A stretch of DNA of 63,620 nt from Eledone cirrhosa (lineage: Eukaryota), in NCBI GenBank assembly GCA_964016885.1, contig CAXHJY010000577.1, positions 1 to 63,620 on the forward strand. Direction: 5' to 3'. The notes beneath the pieces are model-generated. The model was given only the letters and a program-made list of their open reading frames with translations. It ran no database searches and had not been told where the DNA came from. Position numbers and translations under genes: made by a program. Within the stretch, counting starts at the first letter, position 1, and every line of letters starts with the position of its first letter. This document shows, one piece after another, positions 29,595 through 42,718 of this stretch.

Positions 29595-29961
29595 TGCAGT
29601 GTCTCGACAGCTAACAACCGATGCAGGTAGTTTGTTCCATGGAGCTGTTAAAGGATGCAGTGTCTCGACAGCTAACAACTGATGCAGGTAGTTTGTTCCA
29701 TGGAGGTTTTAAAGGATGCAGTGTCTCAACAGCTAACAACTGATGCAGGTAGTTTGTTCCATGGAGGTTTTAAAGGATGCAGTGTCTCAACAGCTAACAA
29801 CTGATGCAGGTAGTTTGTTCCATGGAGCTGTTAAAGGATGCAGTGTCTCAACAGCTAACAACTGATGCAGGTAGTTTGTTCCATGGAGCTGTTAAAGGAT
29901 GCAGTGTCTCAACAGCTAATAACTGATGCAGGTAGTTTGTTCCATGCTTCAGCAACTCTGA
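29595..29961. repeat. Second array of the CR1-derived 61-bp unit (about 5.7 copies)
   Basis: Same unit and the same exit sequence CCATGCTTCAGCAACTCTGA as 23333-24069. Confidence 0.93.
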
Positions 29962-30079
29962 CACTCTAACGACTCTGCCAATGTGTTGTTTTGTTTGGTA
30001 GAATTATAAACAAATCTTTACTGTAAGGTGAATGTTTGAACACAGAGAGGGACCAGAGAGCTGGAACGAATACCTCAAA

Positions 30080-30246
30080 GGCACATGGCTTCATGGTTAG
30101 AGCATTGGGCCTGCAATCGAAAGGTTGTGAGTTCAATTTTCAGACCGGGTGATGTGTTGTTTCCTTGAGTAAGACACTTTATTTCACATTGCTCCAGTTT
30201 ACTCAGTTGTAGAAATGAGATGATAGGGACTGGGGTCCCTATCATT
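30080..30246 (+). mobile_element. SINE-B head and body, ending at an 11-bp hairpin
   Basis: A box TGGCTTCATGG, B box GAGTTCAATT, CORE-like CCTTGAGTAAGACACTTT. Confidence 0.75.
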
Positions 30247-30721
30247 AAATCCCCCAAGACACGTCCAACGAGATATACCTTGGAGGAGGCCAGCTAAACC
30301 TGCATAGGTGTGAGCTGTCACACACACAATACCACAGAGTATTTTATCCAATATACAACACTAATAACTCAACCAATGTGTTGTTCTGCTTGGTAGAGTC
30401 GTAAACAAGTGGTTTACTGTAAGGTGAATGTTCTGTTGATAGTGTTTTAAAACAAATCATTGTGATAGATGACTGTTTTGTGGACAAGGTTAAAAGATTC
30501 ATAGAAAATAAATGAAGAAGGTTTTGTTGTTAAGATTTAAAGAAACTGTGTAAGTGAAACTATAATAAAACGGTCAACAACTAATTCTTGTGGTTGGTTA
30601 TTTCAGAGAGAGACTACTGCAAATACAAGTAATGCCTTGGACAATTGCTATATGACATATATACACATATATATATATATATATATACATACACAAACAT
30701 ATATATATATATTTTAAAAAA

Positions 30722-31060
30722 AGGGTAAAGAGCCCCTTTGGTCACGAATGACCATGGGATTTGCACCTAGAAAGTTTTCCTCAGAGGCACAAGTCCAGTC
30801 AAGGTTGTTTGTGGAAGACCGATAGTCGCCCATACATACTAGTCTCCCCTCTCCACGCCACCGATGAGGTTCAAGGGAAAAGCAATGGCCGATACAGCTT
30901 GGCACCAGTGACGTCGCAACTCATTTCTACAGCTGAGTAAACTGGAGCAACGTGAAATAAAGTGTCTTGCTCAAGGAAACAACACATCACCCAGTCCGAG
31001 AATTGAACTCACAACCTTTTGATTGCAAGCCCAGTGCTCTAACCACTAAGTCATGCGCCT
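30722..31060 (-). mobile_element. Full-length SINE-B, tail type 2
   Basis: tRNA-like head plus CORE-like body, followed by a distinct ~190-nt tail. Confidence 0.8.
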
Positions 31061-31062
31061 TC

Positions 31063-31132
<70 letters not shown>

Positions 31133-31272
31133 CGTATATACACCATCAAATATATAAACATATAAACATATCTAAGCATATATAAACCCATGCTAGCATG
31201 GAAGATAGATGTTAAACGATGATGATGATATACACAAACATATATATATATATATACATATATACATGTGTG

Positions 31273-31308
<36 letters not shown>

Positions 31309-31348
31309 TATACACAAACATATATATATATATATATATATGAGCACA

Positions 31349-31379
<31 letters not shown>

Positions 31380-31430
31380 TATACATATATATACAAACAT
31401 ATATATATATATACACACACATATCTATAT

Positions 31431-31461
<31 letters not shown>

Positions 31462-31478
31462 CATATATACACAAACAT

Positions 31479-31514
<36 letters not shown>

Positions 31515-31663
31515 CATATATACACAAACATCACACACACATATGAGCACAATATATATATATATGCATATATACACATATATATACAAACATATATATA
31601 TATATACACACACATATCTATATATACACACACACATATATATGTATACATATATACACAAAC

Positions 31664-31694
<31 letters not shown>

Positions 31695-32004
31695 CACACA
31701 TACATATTCCTACACACATGCTAGCATGGAAGATGGACGTTAAATGATGATGATGATAATATACATACAAACACACACACACAAATATATACATATATAT
31801 ATATCCACACACCACACACATATGGAGAGAAAGAGGGGCAAAGAAAGATGTTAGGAAATACCATAGGTTACAGATGTAGAGAAAGAGGGGGAAAGAGGGG
31901 ACAAAGCTGATAAAGGAGGAGACTTCCATTTTGTTTGTATTTATTTATTTATTTGTGTTCACTCTTCAATGTTAAGTGTAATTAACAGGTGTGTTTACAT
32001 GAAA

Positions 32005-32840
32005 GGTGGGGGGAGGGGAGGGGAGGGGGTTGAGAGGGGGGTGAGAAGGGGGAGTGAGGAGGGGGGAGTGAGAAGGGGGAGTGAAGAGGGGAGTGAGAGG
32101 GGGGAGTGAGAAGGGGGAGGGAGGAGGGGGAGTGAGAAGGGGGAGTGAGGAGGGGGTGTGGAGGGGGTGAGGAGGGGAGTGAGGAGGGGGTGAGGAGGGA
32201 GTGAGGAGGGGGAGGGGGTGGGGGGGTGAGAAAGGGAGTGAGAAGGGGAGTGAGGCGGGGAGTGAGGAGGGGAGTGAGGAGGGGAGTGAGAAGGGGAGTG
32301 AGGAGGGGAGTGAGAAGGGGAGTGAGGGGGGAGTGAGGAGGGGGGTGAGGAGGGGGGTGAGGAGGGGGGTGAGGAGGGGAGTGAGGAGGGGAGTGAGAAG
32401 GAAGGGGTGTGGCAAGGAAGGGGTGTGGGAAGGAAGGGTTGTGGCAAGGAAGGGGTGTGAGGAAGGGGTGTGTGAAGAAGGGGTGTGGGAAGGAAGGGGT
32501 GTGGGAAGGAAGGGGTGTGAAGAAGGGGTGTGGGAAGGAAGGGGTGTGGCAAGGAAGGGGTGTGGGAAGGAAGGGGTGTGGCAAGGAAGGGGTGTGGCAA
32601 GGAAGGGGTGTGAGGAAGGGGTGTGTGAAGAAGGGGTGTGTGAAGAAGGGGTGTGGGAAGGAAGGGGTGTGGGAAGGAAGGGGTGTGAAGAAGGGGTGTG
32701 AAGAAGGGGTGTGGCAAGGAAGGGGTGTGGCAAGGAAGGGGTGTGGGAAGGAAGGGGTGTGGCAAGGAAGGGGTGTGGGAAGGAAGGGGTGTGGCAAGGA
32801 AGGGGTGTGGGAAGGAAGGGGTGTGGGAAGGAAGGGGGTG
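32005..32840. repeat. G-rich minisatellites: 12-mer GAGGAGGGGAGT, then 16-mer GGAAGGGGTGTGG(G/C)AA
   Basis: Seen directly. Confidence 0.9.
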
Positions 32841-33038
32841 ATTAAAACCTGCCCACACTGTAAAATGAGGTTGGTGTTAGGAAGGGCATCCAGCTGTAGA
32901 AATCAAGCCAGAATCAGTTCCCGTATGAGCAAGACAAGGTCACCCTACCTGGCATTGCCAACAACAGGACAACCCATCTAACCCATGCTAGCATGAAAGA
33001 ATGGACGTAAAATGATGATGGTGATGATGATATATATA

Positions 33039-33630
33039 CAGGGTGCGGACGATATTTGTTCGCAAGATTACTGTCTAGGAAAAAATAAGACAGTAGTTTT
33101 ATTTTTTAAGATTTATTTATCAAACTTAGGTCAGTTTGTCTTCATGACTTGTTCTTTCGATCTCACTCGATAAACCCGCCATTGGCTTTGATGACAGCCT
33201 CAAGGCGACTTCGGAACCGGCTACAGGCCTTCGTCACTGTCCCCCGACTTAGGCCCCTAAAGGCACTTCTGATCGTCTTTCGTATTGCAGCTACATCTGT
33301 TGGTGTCTTGTTCCACTGTGCCCCACACAAAGAAGTCGAGGGGGTTGCAGTCAGGGGAGCTGGGAGGCCAGATGTCAGGTGAAGTGTGGTCGACGAAATT
33401 CTCTGACAGCCAGGCTTGGGTCTTTCGGCTGGTATGGCAGGGCACTGAGTCTTGCTGCCACACGTACGGCCTACCTGCAGCTACCTGGTCAATCCAGGGC
33501 TTTACTACCTCGCTCAGAACGCGGATGTAGCCATCGGTGTTCAGCTTGAGGCCCTCAGGGAAGAAGTGAGGTGGCATGACGTCACCTTGACTGCTGACGA
33601 CACCTAAGACCAATGTTGTCGCTGGAAACT
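33039..33630 (-). mobile_element. Tc1/mariner-superfamily DD37D (maT-type) transposon, 3' portion with a frameshifted transposase
   Basis: ORF 33257-33613 has QQD-37 aa-D (WPPSSPDCNPLDFFVW). It continues in another frame as KACSRFRSRLEAVIKANGGFIE* (stop at 33163). Terminus is TA|CAGGGTG. Confidence 0.9.
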
Positions 33631-33785
33631 TTAATGTCCATCTTCCATTCTAGCATGGGTTAGACGGGAGTTGTGCCACTTGAGGCAAAGTTGGTTGGGT
33701 GACCGTGTCTCGCTCATATAGGACTATCTGGCAGGCTTTCTACGGCTGGATGCCCTTCCTAACACCAGCCACATTTACAGTGTGG

Positions 33786-33957
33786 AGGACTAGAACTGTT
33801 TCCTTCATGAAAAATCATCAGGAGCTTCCCGATGATTTCTCACGAATGAAACAGTTCTAGTCCTGTAGAAGCTTTTCTATATTAAAACATTTATACTCTG
33901 CTATGTATTGAGTACCTTACTTACTGTGGTTACCCCCGATTGAACCCGTGATAACTT
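33786..33957 (+). mobile_element. Fold-back element, family D, ending in (TA)n
   Basis: Imperfect arms of about 38 bp around 33825, then a tail; related inverted/truncated copy at 49245-49330. Confidence 0.7.
33823..33873 (+). ncRNA. Type I hammerhead motif (U4C variant)
   Basis: AGCTTC-CCGATGA-short stem II-GAAA-CAG-ttctagtc-CTG-TA-GAAGCT; the inverted arm retains canonical CTGATGA. Confidence 0.65.
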
Positions 33958-34274
33958 ATATATATATATATATATATATCTATATATATATATATATATA
34001 TATATATCAGCGAACGTAAAATGATGATGATGATGATATATATATCAATTTGAAAGAATGACCCGTGCAGCTAAGATCTTATAAAATTCGGACCTCACAG
34101 ACCATTAAATCCTGTGAACCACTAATGTGAATATTTTTTAAAAGATAAATAAATTTAAATTTTTCTGTGGACCACCGAAATTTTCTCTTGGACCACTGGT
34201 TGGCAACCGTTGTTATGTACAATGCTTTATTATTTTATTTATTATTTTTTTTTTTTAGAAATCGATAAGATATG

Positions 34275-35135
34275 ATTTAAACCAGCTGTATCTGGCCAGA
34301 ATTCTCTCACCTCCTGTTCAAACTGGCCATAACTGGCCACTTATACTTATGTTAAGGTATTGTTCTCAAAATAAATAATATCAAAATCTCATAGATTCGA
34401 TATTATGTGAGATAATTATGTGAGTTAAAGCCTTTACTGTGAAAATACAATAGTATATATAGAGTAATGTAAATGATATGTGAGATATTATGTAAAATAA
34501 AGCCTTTACTGTGAAAATACAATAGTATATATAGAGTAATGTAAATGATATGCGAGATATTATGTAAAATAAAGCCTTTACTGTGAAAATACAATAGTAT
34601 ATATAGAGTAATGTAAATGATATGTGAGATATTGTGTGAGGTAAAGCCTTTACTGTGAAAATACAATAGTATATATAGAGTAATGTAAATGATATGTGAG
34701 ATATTGTGTGAGGTAAAGCCTTTACTGTGAAAATACAATAGTATATATAGAGTAATGTAAATGATATGTGAGATATTATGTAAAATAAAGCCTTTACTGT
34801 GAAAATACAATAGTATATATAGAGTAATGTAAATGATATGTGAGATATTATGTAAAATAAAGCCTTTACTGTGAAAATACAATAGTATATATAGAGTAAT
34901 GTAAATGATATGTGAGATATTATGTAAAATAAAGCCTTTACTGTGAAAATACAATAGTATATATAGAGTAATGTAAATGATATGTGAGATATTATGTGAG
35001 ATAAAGCCTTTACTGTGAAAATACAATAGTATATATAGAGTAATGTAAATGTTATGTGAGATATTATGTGAGGTAAACCCTTTACTGTAAAAGTACAATA
35101 GTATATATAGAGTAATGTAAATGGTAATGGGTTAA
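34275..35135 (-). mobile_element. piggyBac-like MITE with 10 internal 72-bp units
   Basis: Period 72 (34441, 34513 and onward); terminus AATGGGTTAA. Confidence 0.85.
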
Positions 35136-35532
35136 GGGAAAATTTAGCGACTATTTCTAGCAGGCCAAACAACCACTAAGGGGTTCTCTTGATTCATTGA
35201 TGTAAATATTGTTGCTGTTTTTGTTGTTGTTCCTATTTTTTTCCGGTATGTCAAACAAAATTAAACAGAAGGCTGGGGATTAATATTTAAGCCTTGCACG
35301 GGGTTTACATTTGACGAGATTATATGCAAATATGTGCAGGGCTTGGTTTGCGGAGAGACGCTGCCTTAATGAAATGCAACATGCAGAAACGTGCAACAAC
35401 AGCAGCAACAGATGGTAAGGTAAAGATGCAACAGATTGCACTCACTTCGATGTGCAGTGAGTCAGAGATGATGGAAGCTACCTTTTTTATCTTTTAGTCT
35501 TAGGTTAGGTGGGGTTCCTTTGATAACACAAA

Positions 35533-36795
35533 ATGGTGGTGGTGGTGGTGGTGATGGTGATGGCATTGATAGTGGTTGCAGTGGTGGTGGTGGTGGTGGT
35601 GTTGGTGGTGGCATTGATAGTGGTGGTGTTGGTGGTGGCATTGATAGTGGTGGTGGTGGTGGATGAAGGTGGTGGTGGCATTGATAGTGGTGGTGGTGGT
35701 GGCAGTGGTGGTGGTGGTGGCAGTGGTGGTGGTGGCAGTGGTGGTGGTGGCAGTGGTGGTGGTGGTGGCAGTGGTGGTGGTGGCAGTGGTGGTGGATGAA
35801 GGTGGTGGTGGTAATATCAATGTATGATTTTGGGTAGAGATAGGGGTTATATTGATGATGATGATGATGTGGAGGTGGTGGTGGTGATGGAGGTGGTGGT
35901 GGTGATGGAGGTGGTGGTGGTGATGGTGGTGGTGATGGAGGTGGTGGTGGTGATGGAGGTGGTTATGTGACTGATGCAGATGTCTATGAGAGGGTGGTGG
36001 TGTTAGTAAAATTGGATGGAGGTTGTGATAGCAATGGTGATGGTGGGGGGTGTTGGTGGTGATGGTGGGGGGTGTTGGTGGTGGTGGTGGGGGTGTTGGT
36101 GGTGGTGGGGGTGTTGGTGGTGGTGGTAATAGTAGTTGTTATTTAGACCTAGGTCAGGCTTGATCCAAGGTGATGGTGGTGGTGGTGGTGGCAGTGGTGG
36201 TGGTGGTAGTGGTGGTAGTGGTAGTGGTGGTAGTAGTGGTGGTGGTAGTGGTGGTGGTGGTAGTGGTGGTGGTGGTGGTGGTGGTGGTAGTGGTGGTGGT
36301 GGTGGTGGTGGTGGTGGTGGTAGTGGTGGTAGTGGTGGTGGTGGTAGTGGTGGTGGTGGTGGTGGTGGTGGTGGTGGTGGTAGTGGTGGTGGTGGTGGTG
36401 GTAGTGGTGGTGGTGGTGGTGGTGGTGGTGGTGGTAGTGAGGGCAGTGGGGTGGAGGTAGGGGTGAGGGTAGTGGTGGTGGAGGTAGGGGTGAGGGCAGT
36501 GGCGGTGGTAATGGTGATGTTAATGATTGTAATAATGGTAGCAGTGGTGGTGGTAATAATGGTGGCAGTGGTGGTGGTAATGGTCGTGGCAGTGGTGAGG
36601 GCAGTGGCGGTGGCAGTGGTGAGGGCAGTGGTGGTGGTAATGGTGATAGTGGTGGTAGTAATGGTGGCAGTGGTGGTGGTGATGGTGGTGGTGATGGCAG
36701 TGGCAGTGGTGAGGGCAGTGGCGGTGGTAATGGAGATGTTAATGATGGTAGTGGTGGTAGTAATGGTGGCAGTGGTGAGGGCAGTAGTAGCAGCA
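35533..36795. repeat. Degenerate (GGT)n trinucleotide blocks
   Basis: Seen directly. Confidence 0.9.
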
Positions 36796-37238
36796 AATTA
36801 CAAATTTTTAACTTTTAATTTCCTCTTCACAGAAAACAAGAAAAAAGAAAGAGGAGGGAAAAGAAAGAAAAAGTAGAAAGAAGAATGAGAAGGGAAGAAG
36901 AAAGAAAGATGTATAGTATTAGAGTGAATGAAGTGACCAGTTGTGACCTAAATGTGGAAATAATGAGGTCAGTTGTGTAGAATTGGTTAAGATGGGTGGT
37001 TAAGTACAGTTAATACTGACCAGAATATAACAGAATATTCCACTCTTCTGTGATTAACTTTATGGTAAGGGAATAATGGAATAGACAACATACCTTATAG
37101 CTGGGATTCCCAGACTCTTATAAACATGGAACCCCCTTTTGGGGAACCCCTAAGTCTAATAATTGTTTCTACTTTTGGCACAAGGCCAGCAATTACTCAG
37201 TACATTATGATTAAGTCAATTAAATTAACCCCAGTGCC

Positions 37239-37452
37239 TTAACCCTTTGGCATTTACATTACTCTATATTTACTATTGTATTTTCATGGTAAACACTTTA
37301 CCTCACATAATTACCTCACATAATATCGAATCTATGAGATTTTGAGAACAATACCTTAACATAATTATGAGTGGCCAGTTACAGCCGGTTTCAACAGAAA
37401 GAGATGAAAAAATTCTGGCCGGTTTTGGCCAGTTTAAATGCTAAAGGGTTAA
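37239..37452 (+). mobile_element. piggyBac-like MITE, single-unit form (about 210 bp)
   Basis: TIRs CCCTTT(A/G)GCATTTA and TAAATGCTAAAGGG, with TTAA on both sides. Confidence 0.85.
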
Positions 37453-37692
37453 AAATGTGAGGGGACCAAACCAAAATTTGTTCATTCTTAAAGGAGCCTT
37501 TCTTGGACACTATCGCATAAGTAAAATTTTACGCTAATTAAATTTTATATATTCAAATGAAGTTCAAATAAAAAAAAATTAAGCTTAAAAAGAATTTATT
37601 ATATCAAATAAAAAAAATAAAAAATATAGACGTTTGAAAAAGGGGGGTAGAGGGGGATTTGTCCCCTGGTACCCCCCGAAACAAGGCCCTTG

Positions 37693-37956
37693 CTCAGTAC
37701 ATTACTGGTACTTTATTTTATCGACGCCCGTAAGGATGAAAGGCAAAGTTAACCTCGGCAGGATTTGAACTCTGGCAGTATCGGTAGAGGGTCGGACGCC
37801 ATGCTTTCCAGGATAGTGTTATGTCCCTTTACCGTCTGAGTTCAAATCCTGCCGAGGTTAATTTTACCTTTCATCCTTATGAGGGTTGATAAAATAAAGT
37901 ACCAGTAATACACTGGGGTCATTGCTGGCCTTGTGCCAAAAGTAGAAACAATTATT
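37693..37956. mobile_element. Head-to-head SINE-A pair (partial minus copy plus near-full plus copy)
   Basis: 37693-37772 is the reverse complement of about 37837-37913. Confidence 0.8.
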
Positions 37957-38686
37957 AATATAAAAAATATATATTTATTTATTCATACATAGTATATATT
38001 ATTTATTATATATAAATTGCTAGAAGTTGCTAGAAGTTGCTAGAAGTTAATGGAAACCGCGGAGTGGGGAGACCCAAGATGACCTGGGATGAGGTGATAA
38101 AAGCCGACCTTACCCAATTACACCTCTCAAAGACAATGACACACGACCGTGACTTCTGGCGTCACGCAGTAATACAGAGTACCCGACCTCCCATGGGTAC
38201 ATGCTGAAGCATATAAACAATATGCCCCCACACCCCCCACCGCAAGGTGGTCGTGGAGGTGCCACGGCAAAAAATCACCCAGCCCACACTGCAAAGTGGA
38301 CGTGTAGGCGCCAAGAAAAAGCACCCAGCACTCACTGTAAATGAGGTTGGTGTTAGGAAGGGCATCCAGCTGTAGAAATCAAGCCAGATCAGTTCCTGTA
38401 TGAGCAAGGCATGGTCAGCCGACCAGACACTGCCCACAACAGGACAACCCGTCTAACCCATGCTAGCGTGGAAGAACGGACGTAAAACGGTGATGATGAA
38501 ATTAACGAATTTATTTAATATATATTATTTACTATTTGTGTGAAGGCAGGTCTCTCTGGCAATAAGGCTGGAGGGCGTTGAGGGTATTATGTGACCGTGA
38601 GACGGGGTTGTGGCCCCAAAAGCTTGAGGACCTCTGATCTACACCAAAGAAGATGAGAATCAAAGTCAACCTTGCAGAGATTTGAA

Positions 38687-39435
38687 CCATATCTGGCCAG
38701 AATTCTCTCACCTCTTTCTGTTCAAACCAGATGTAACTAGTCACTCATACTAATGTTAAGGTATTGTTCTCAAAATAAATAACATCAAAATCTCATAGAT
38801 TCGATATTATGTGAGATAAAGCCTTTACCATGAAAATACAATAGTATATATAGAGTAATGTAAATGTTATGTGAGATATTATGTGAGGTAAAGCCTTTAC
38901 TGTGAAAATACAATAGTATATATAGAGTAATGTAAATGTTATGTGAGATATTATGTGAGGTAAAGCCTTTACTGTGAAAATACAATAGTAAATATAGAGT
39001 AATGTAAATGTTATGTGAGATATTATGTAAGGTAAAGCCTTTACCGTGAAAATACAATAGTATATATAGAGTAATGTAAATGTTATGTGAGATATTATGT
39101 GAGGTAAAGCCTTTACTGTGAAAATACAATAGTATATATAGAGTAATGTAAATGTTATGTGAGATATTATGTGAGGTAAAGCCTTTACTGTGAAAATACA
39201 ATAGTATATATAGAGTAATGTAAATGTTATGTGAGATATTATGTAAGGTAAAGCCTTTACCATGAAAATACAATAGTATATATAGAGTAATGTAAATATT
39301 ATGAGATAAAGCCTTTACCGTGAAAATACGATAGTATATATAATGTAAATGTTATGTGAGATATTATGTGAGGTAAAGCTTTTACTGTGAAAATACAATG
39401 GTATATATAGAGTAATGTAAATGTTAAAGGGCTAA
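38687..39435 (-). mobile_element. piggyBac-like MITE with about 9 internal 72-bp units
   Basis: Same body and unit as the other copies. Confidence 0.85.
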
Positions 39436-39689
39436 ACACATAAAATCAAAGACCTCCCCCCAAAAAATACAGCAACTTATTTTCCCCAACACCCTAATAA
39501 CTAACTCCGCCAATTTTCTGTAAAGTGAAATATTTTTTATAAAATGTATTCTTCGTGAGAAGAGTTCTGACAAGGAAGATAATCTGTTAGTTGCAGTCGA
39601 ATGTAGCAACCTGGTAAACATGTGGCAATAATTTTAACAGGAGTTTGTGTCAGTTTTAGAAATAATTAGACACACACATACATATAAGT

Positions 39690-39809
39690 CAAGATATCTT
39701 TCTGTGTGTGTGTGTGTGTACATTCATATATGTATGTATATGTAAACATATATATATATATGTGCGCACACACTTGTATGCAAGAATATTTATATATATA
39801 TATATATAG

Positions 39810-39840
<31 letters not shown>

Positions 39841-40302
39841 TACATACATTCATATATGTCTGTATGTATATACACATATCTATATTCATAAACATATATA
39901 TACACACATATATATATACACACACATATATATATACACACACATATATATATATACACACACATATATATATATATATACACACACACAATATATATAC
40001 ACACAAACACATATATATATATACATGCATATATATACATACATGCATATATATATATATATACATACATATATATATATACATACATATATATATATAC
40101 ATATATATATATATACATATATATACATATATACATGCATATATATACATATATATACATATACATGCATATATATATATATACACATATGTATATATAT
40201 ATATACACATATATATACACATATGTATATATACACATATATCTATATACATATATATATATATATATACATGCATATATATACATATATATATATACAC
40301 AC

Positions 40303-40333
<31 letters not shown>

Positions 40334-40370
40334 TATATATACACACACACACTCACATATATAGATATAG
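39690..40370. repeat. (TA)n/(TACA)n compound microsatellite; similar long tracts at 31045-31720, 41460-42435, 43140-43800, 46930-47600, 53130-53535 and 53780-54400
   Basis: Seen directly. Confidence 0.9.
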
Positions 40371-40551
40371 TTGTAGATAAACATCGCAAAGACACGTGTA
40401 TATACTAATGAGCAGTGTTATAAGAAGACGCAACAAGGAAGGAATCTGTGCCAGGAAATGTACCAAAGTTGGCCTCTCTACCCCCCCCCCCCCCTTCATA
40501 CACCTCCTCCCCATTATTATTACTACTACTACTACAACGACTACACCTCAT

Positions 40552-40845
40552 TGGTGGATTGGCAGTATCGGTAGAGGGTCGGACGCCGTGCTTTGACGCA
40601 AAGAGTTACGGCCCTTGCCATTCTGAGTTCAAATCCCGCCGAGGTTAACTTTGCCTTTCATCCTTACGGGGTCGATAAAATAAAGTACCAGTAATACATT
40701 GGTTAATTGCTGTCCTTGTGCCAAAAGTAGAAACAATTATTATTCTGAGTTCAAATCCCGCCGAAGTTAACTTTGCCTTTCATCCTTACAGGGTCGATAA
40801 AATAAAGTACCAGTAATGCACTGGGATAATTGCTGGTCTTGTGCT
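40552..40845 (+). mobile_element. SINE-A followed by a tandem 5'-truncated copy
   Basis: The B-box-to-tail segment repeats at 40743-40845. Confidence 0.8.
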
Positions 40846-41345
40846 GACACCTACTACTACTACTACTACTACACAATCGAAAGACAGAAGCTAAAACTAG
40901 GCCCCTTTTTTGACAAGTTCCCCTCCATTCTGTAAGTGGATTTGGTCAGATCTTGTCAATGACCAAAAGAAACACAATATGGATATTTTGAACACTTTTA
41001 TTCATGCACGGAAAAGACATTTCCTTTCTGAATATTTCAACCTCTGTCTGGATGGGTCACTGAAAATGACTTTTAAGGGAAATACTAGAACATCTTCTAA
41101 AACAGGCAATTCTTCTTTTGTCCTCCATTAAGTTCGGCCCTGTATGGGAGGGGTGAGTTTGTTTAACAACCACGTGGTCCTGTATTCAGATTCGAGAGCA
41201 GCACTTAACTTACTGTATTGTTTCGTACATCGATGTATATATAAATGTAATTGCTTCCATATTCTCAGATATGCAGTTACATTCACACAGTCACCTACAC
41301 AGACAACTGCACATACTCACACACACTTACACACACGTACACATG

Positions 41346-41380
<35 letters not shown>

Positions 41381-41608
41381 CCATATATATATACGTAAAT
41401 ATATAAATATATATATATATATGCCATACAAGTTTATAAACTTACACACTTGTACGTACATGTATATATATATATATATATAATATATATATATATTTAT
41501 AATATATACATATATATATATATATTATAAATATATATATATTATATATATTTATATATATATATATTATATCTATATATATTATAAATATATATATATA
41601 TTATATAT

Positions 41609-41836
41609 GCAAAAGTTCAATTTAAATTGTTGGGATACAACAAGCAAATATTTTTATAACTGATATAAAGCACTCAACAAGTATTTGGAGTAAACATACT
41701 ATATTTATAAAACCATATTTATTTCATTATACATATTTCAAGGACACCAAGTTAAATTATGGTGTGCTTTCATCAGACAAAATATAATATAGATCAGTTT
41801 TATAAAATATTGACATACCGTTAAAAAATGCAACCA
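41609..41836 (-). mobile_element. Family B copy without the fold-back
   Basis: Aligns to 28849-29070; TA tracts on both sides. Confidence 0.8.
41720..41784 (-). ncRNA. Type I hammerhead ribozyme
   Basis: TATTTTGT-CTGATGA-AAGCACACCA...TGGTGTCCTT-GAAA-TATGTA-TA-ATGAAATA. Confidence 0.8.
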
Positions 41837-42194
41837 TATATATATATTATATAAATTTATATATATATATATAAATTTATATATATATATATAAATTTAT
41901 AAATATATATATATATTATATAAATTTATATATATATCTATATATATTATAAATATATATATTATATATATATATATATTATAAATATATATATATATAT
42001 ATAAATTTATATATATATCTATATATTATAAATATATATATTATATATATATATAAATTTATATAATATATATATATATATATATAAATTTATATAATAT
42101 ATATATATATATATATAAATTTATATAATATATATATATATATATATAAATTTATATAATATGTATAATATATATATATATATATATATTATAA

Positions 42195-42288
<94 letters not shown>

Positions 42289-42335
42289 TATACATATATA
42301 TAAATTTATATATATATATATATATTATATATATT

Positions 42336-42413
<78 letters not shown>

Positions 42414-42489
42414 ATACATATATATATATATATAGCCGAAATGCTTCTAAATGCTGCTTTGTGCAGGTCAACGAAGAGCTCCACTCACT

Positions 42490-42718
42490 TTGAGTGTGAG
42501 TGGAACTTCGAGTGTAAGTGGAGCTTTGAGTGTGAGTGGAGGTTTGAGTGTGAATGGAACCTCAAGTGTGAGTGGAGGTTTGAGTGTGAATGGAACCTCG
42601 AGTGTGAGTGGAGGTTTGAGTGTGAATGGAACCTCGAGTGTGAGTGGAGGTTCGAGTGTGAGTGGAACCTCGAGTGTGAGTGGAGCCTCGAGTGTGAGTG
42701 GAGCCTCGAGTGTGAGCC
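42490..42718. repeat. 18-bp minisatellite GAGTGTGAGTGGAACCTC (about 12 copies, partly an alternating 36-bp dimer) next to a MITE end at 42719-42792
   Basis: Seen directly. Confidence 0.88.

Noticed and set aside
34381-35172. Repeat-protein ORFs (YFHSKGF / FTLLYIYYCIF) recurring at several loci
   Set aside because: They are translations of the 72-bp MITE VNTR.
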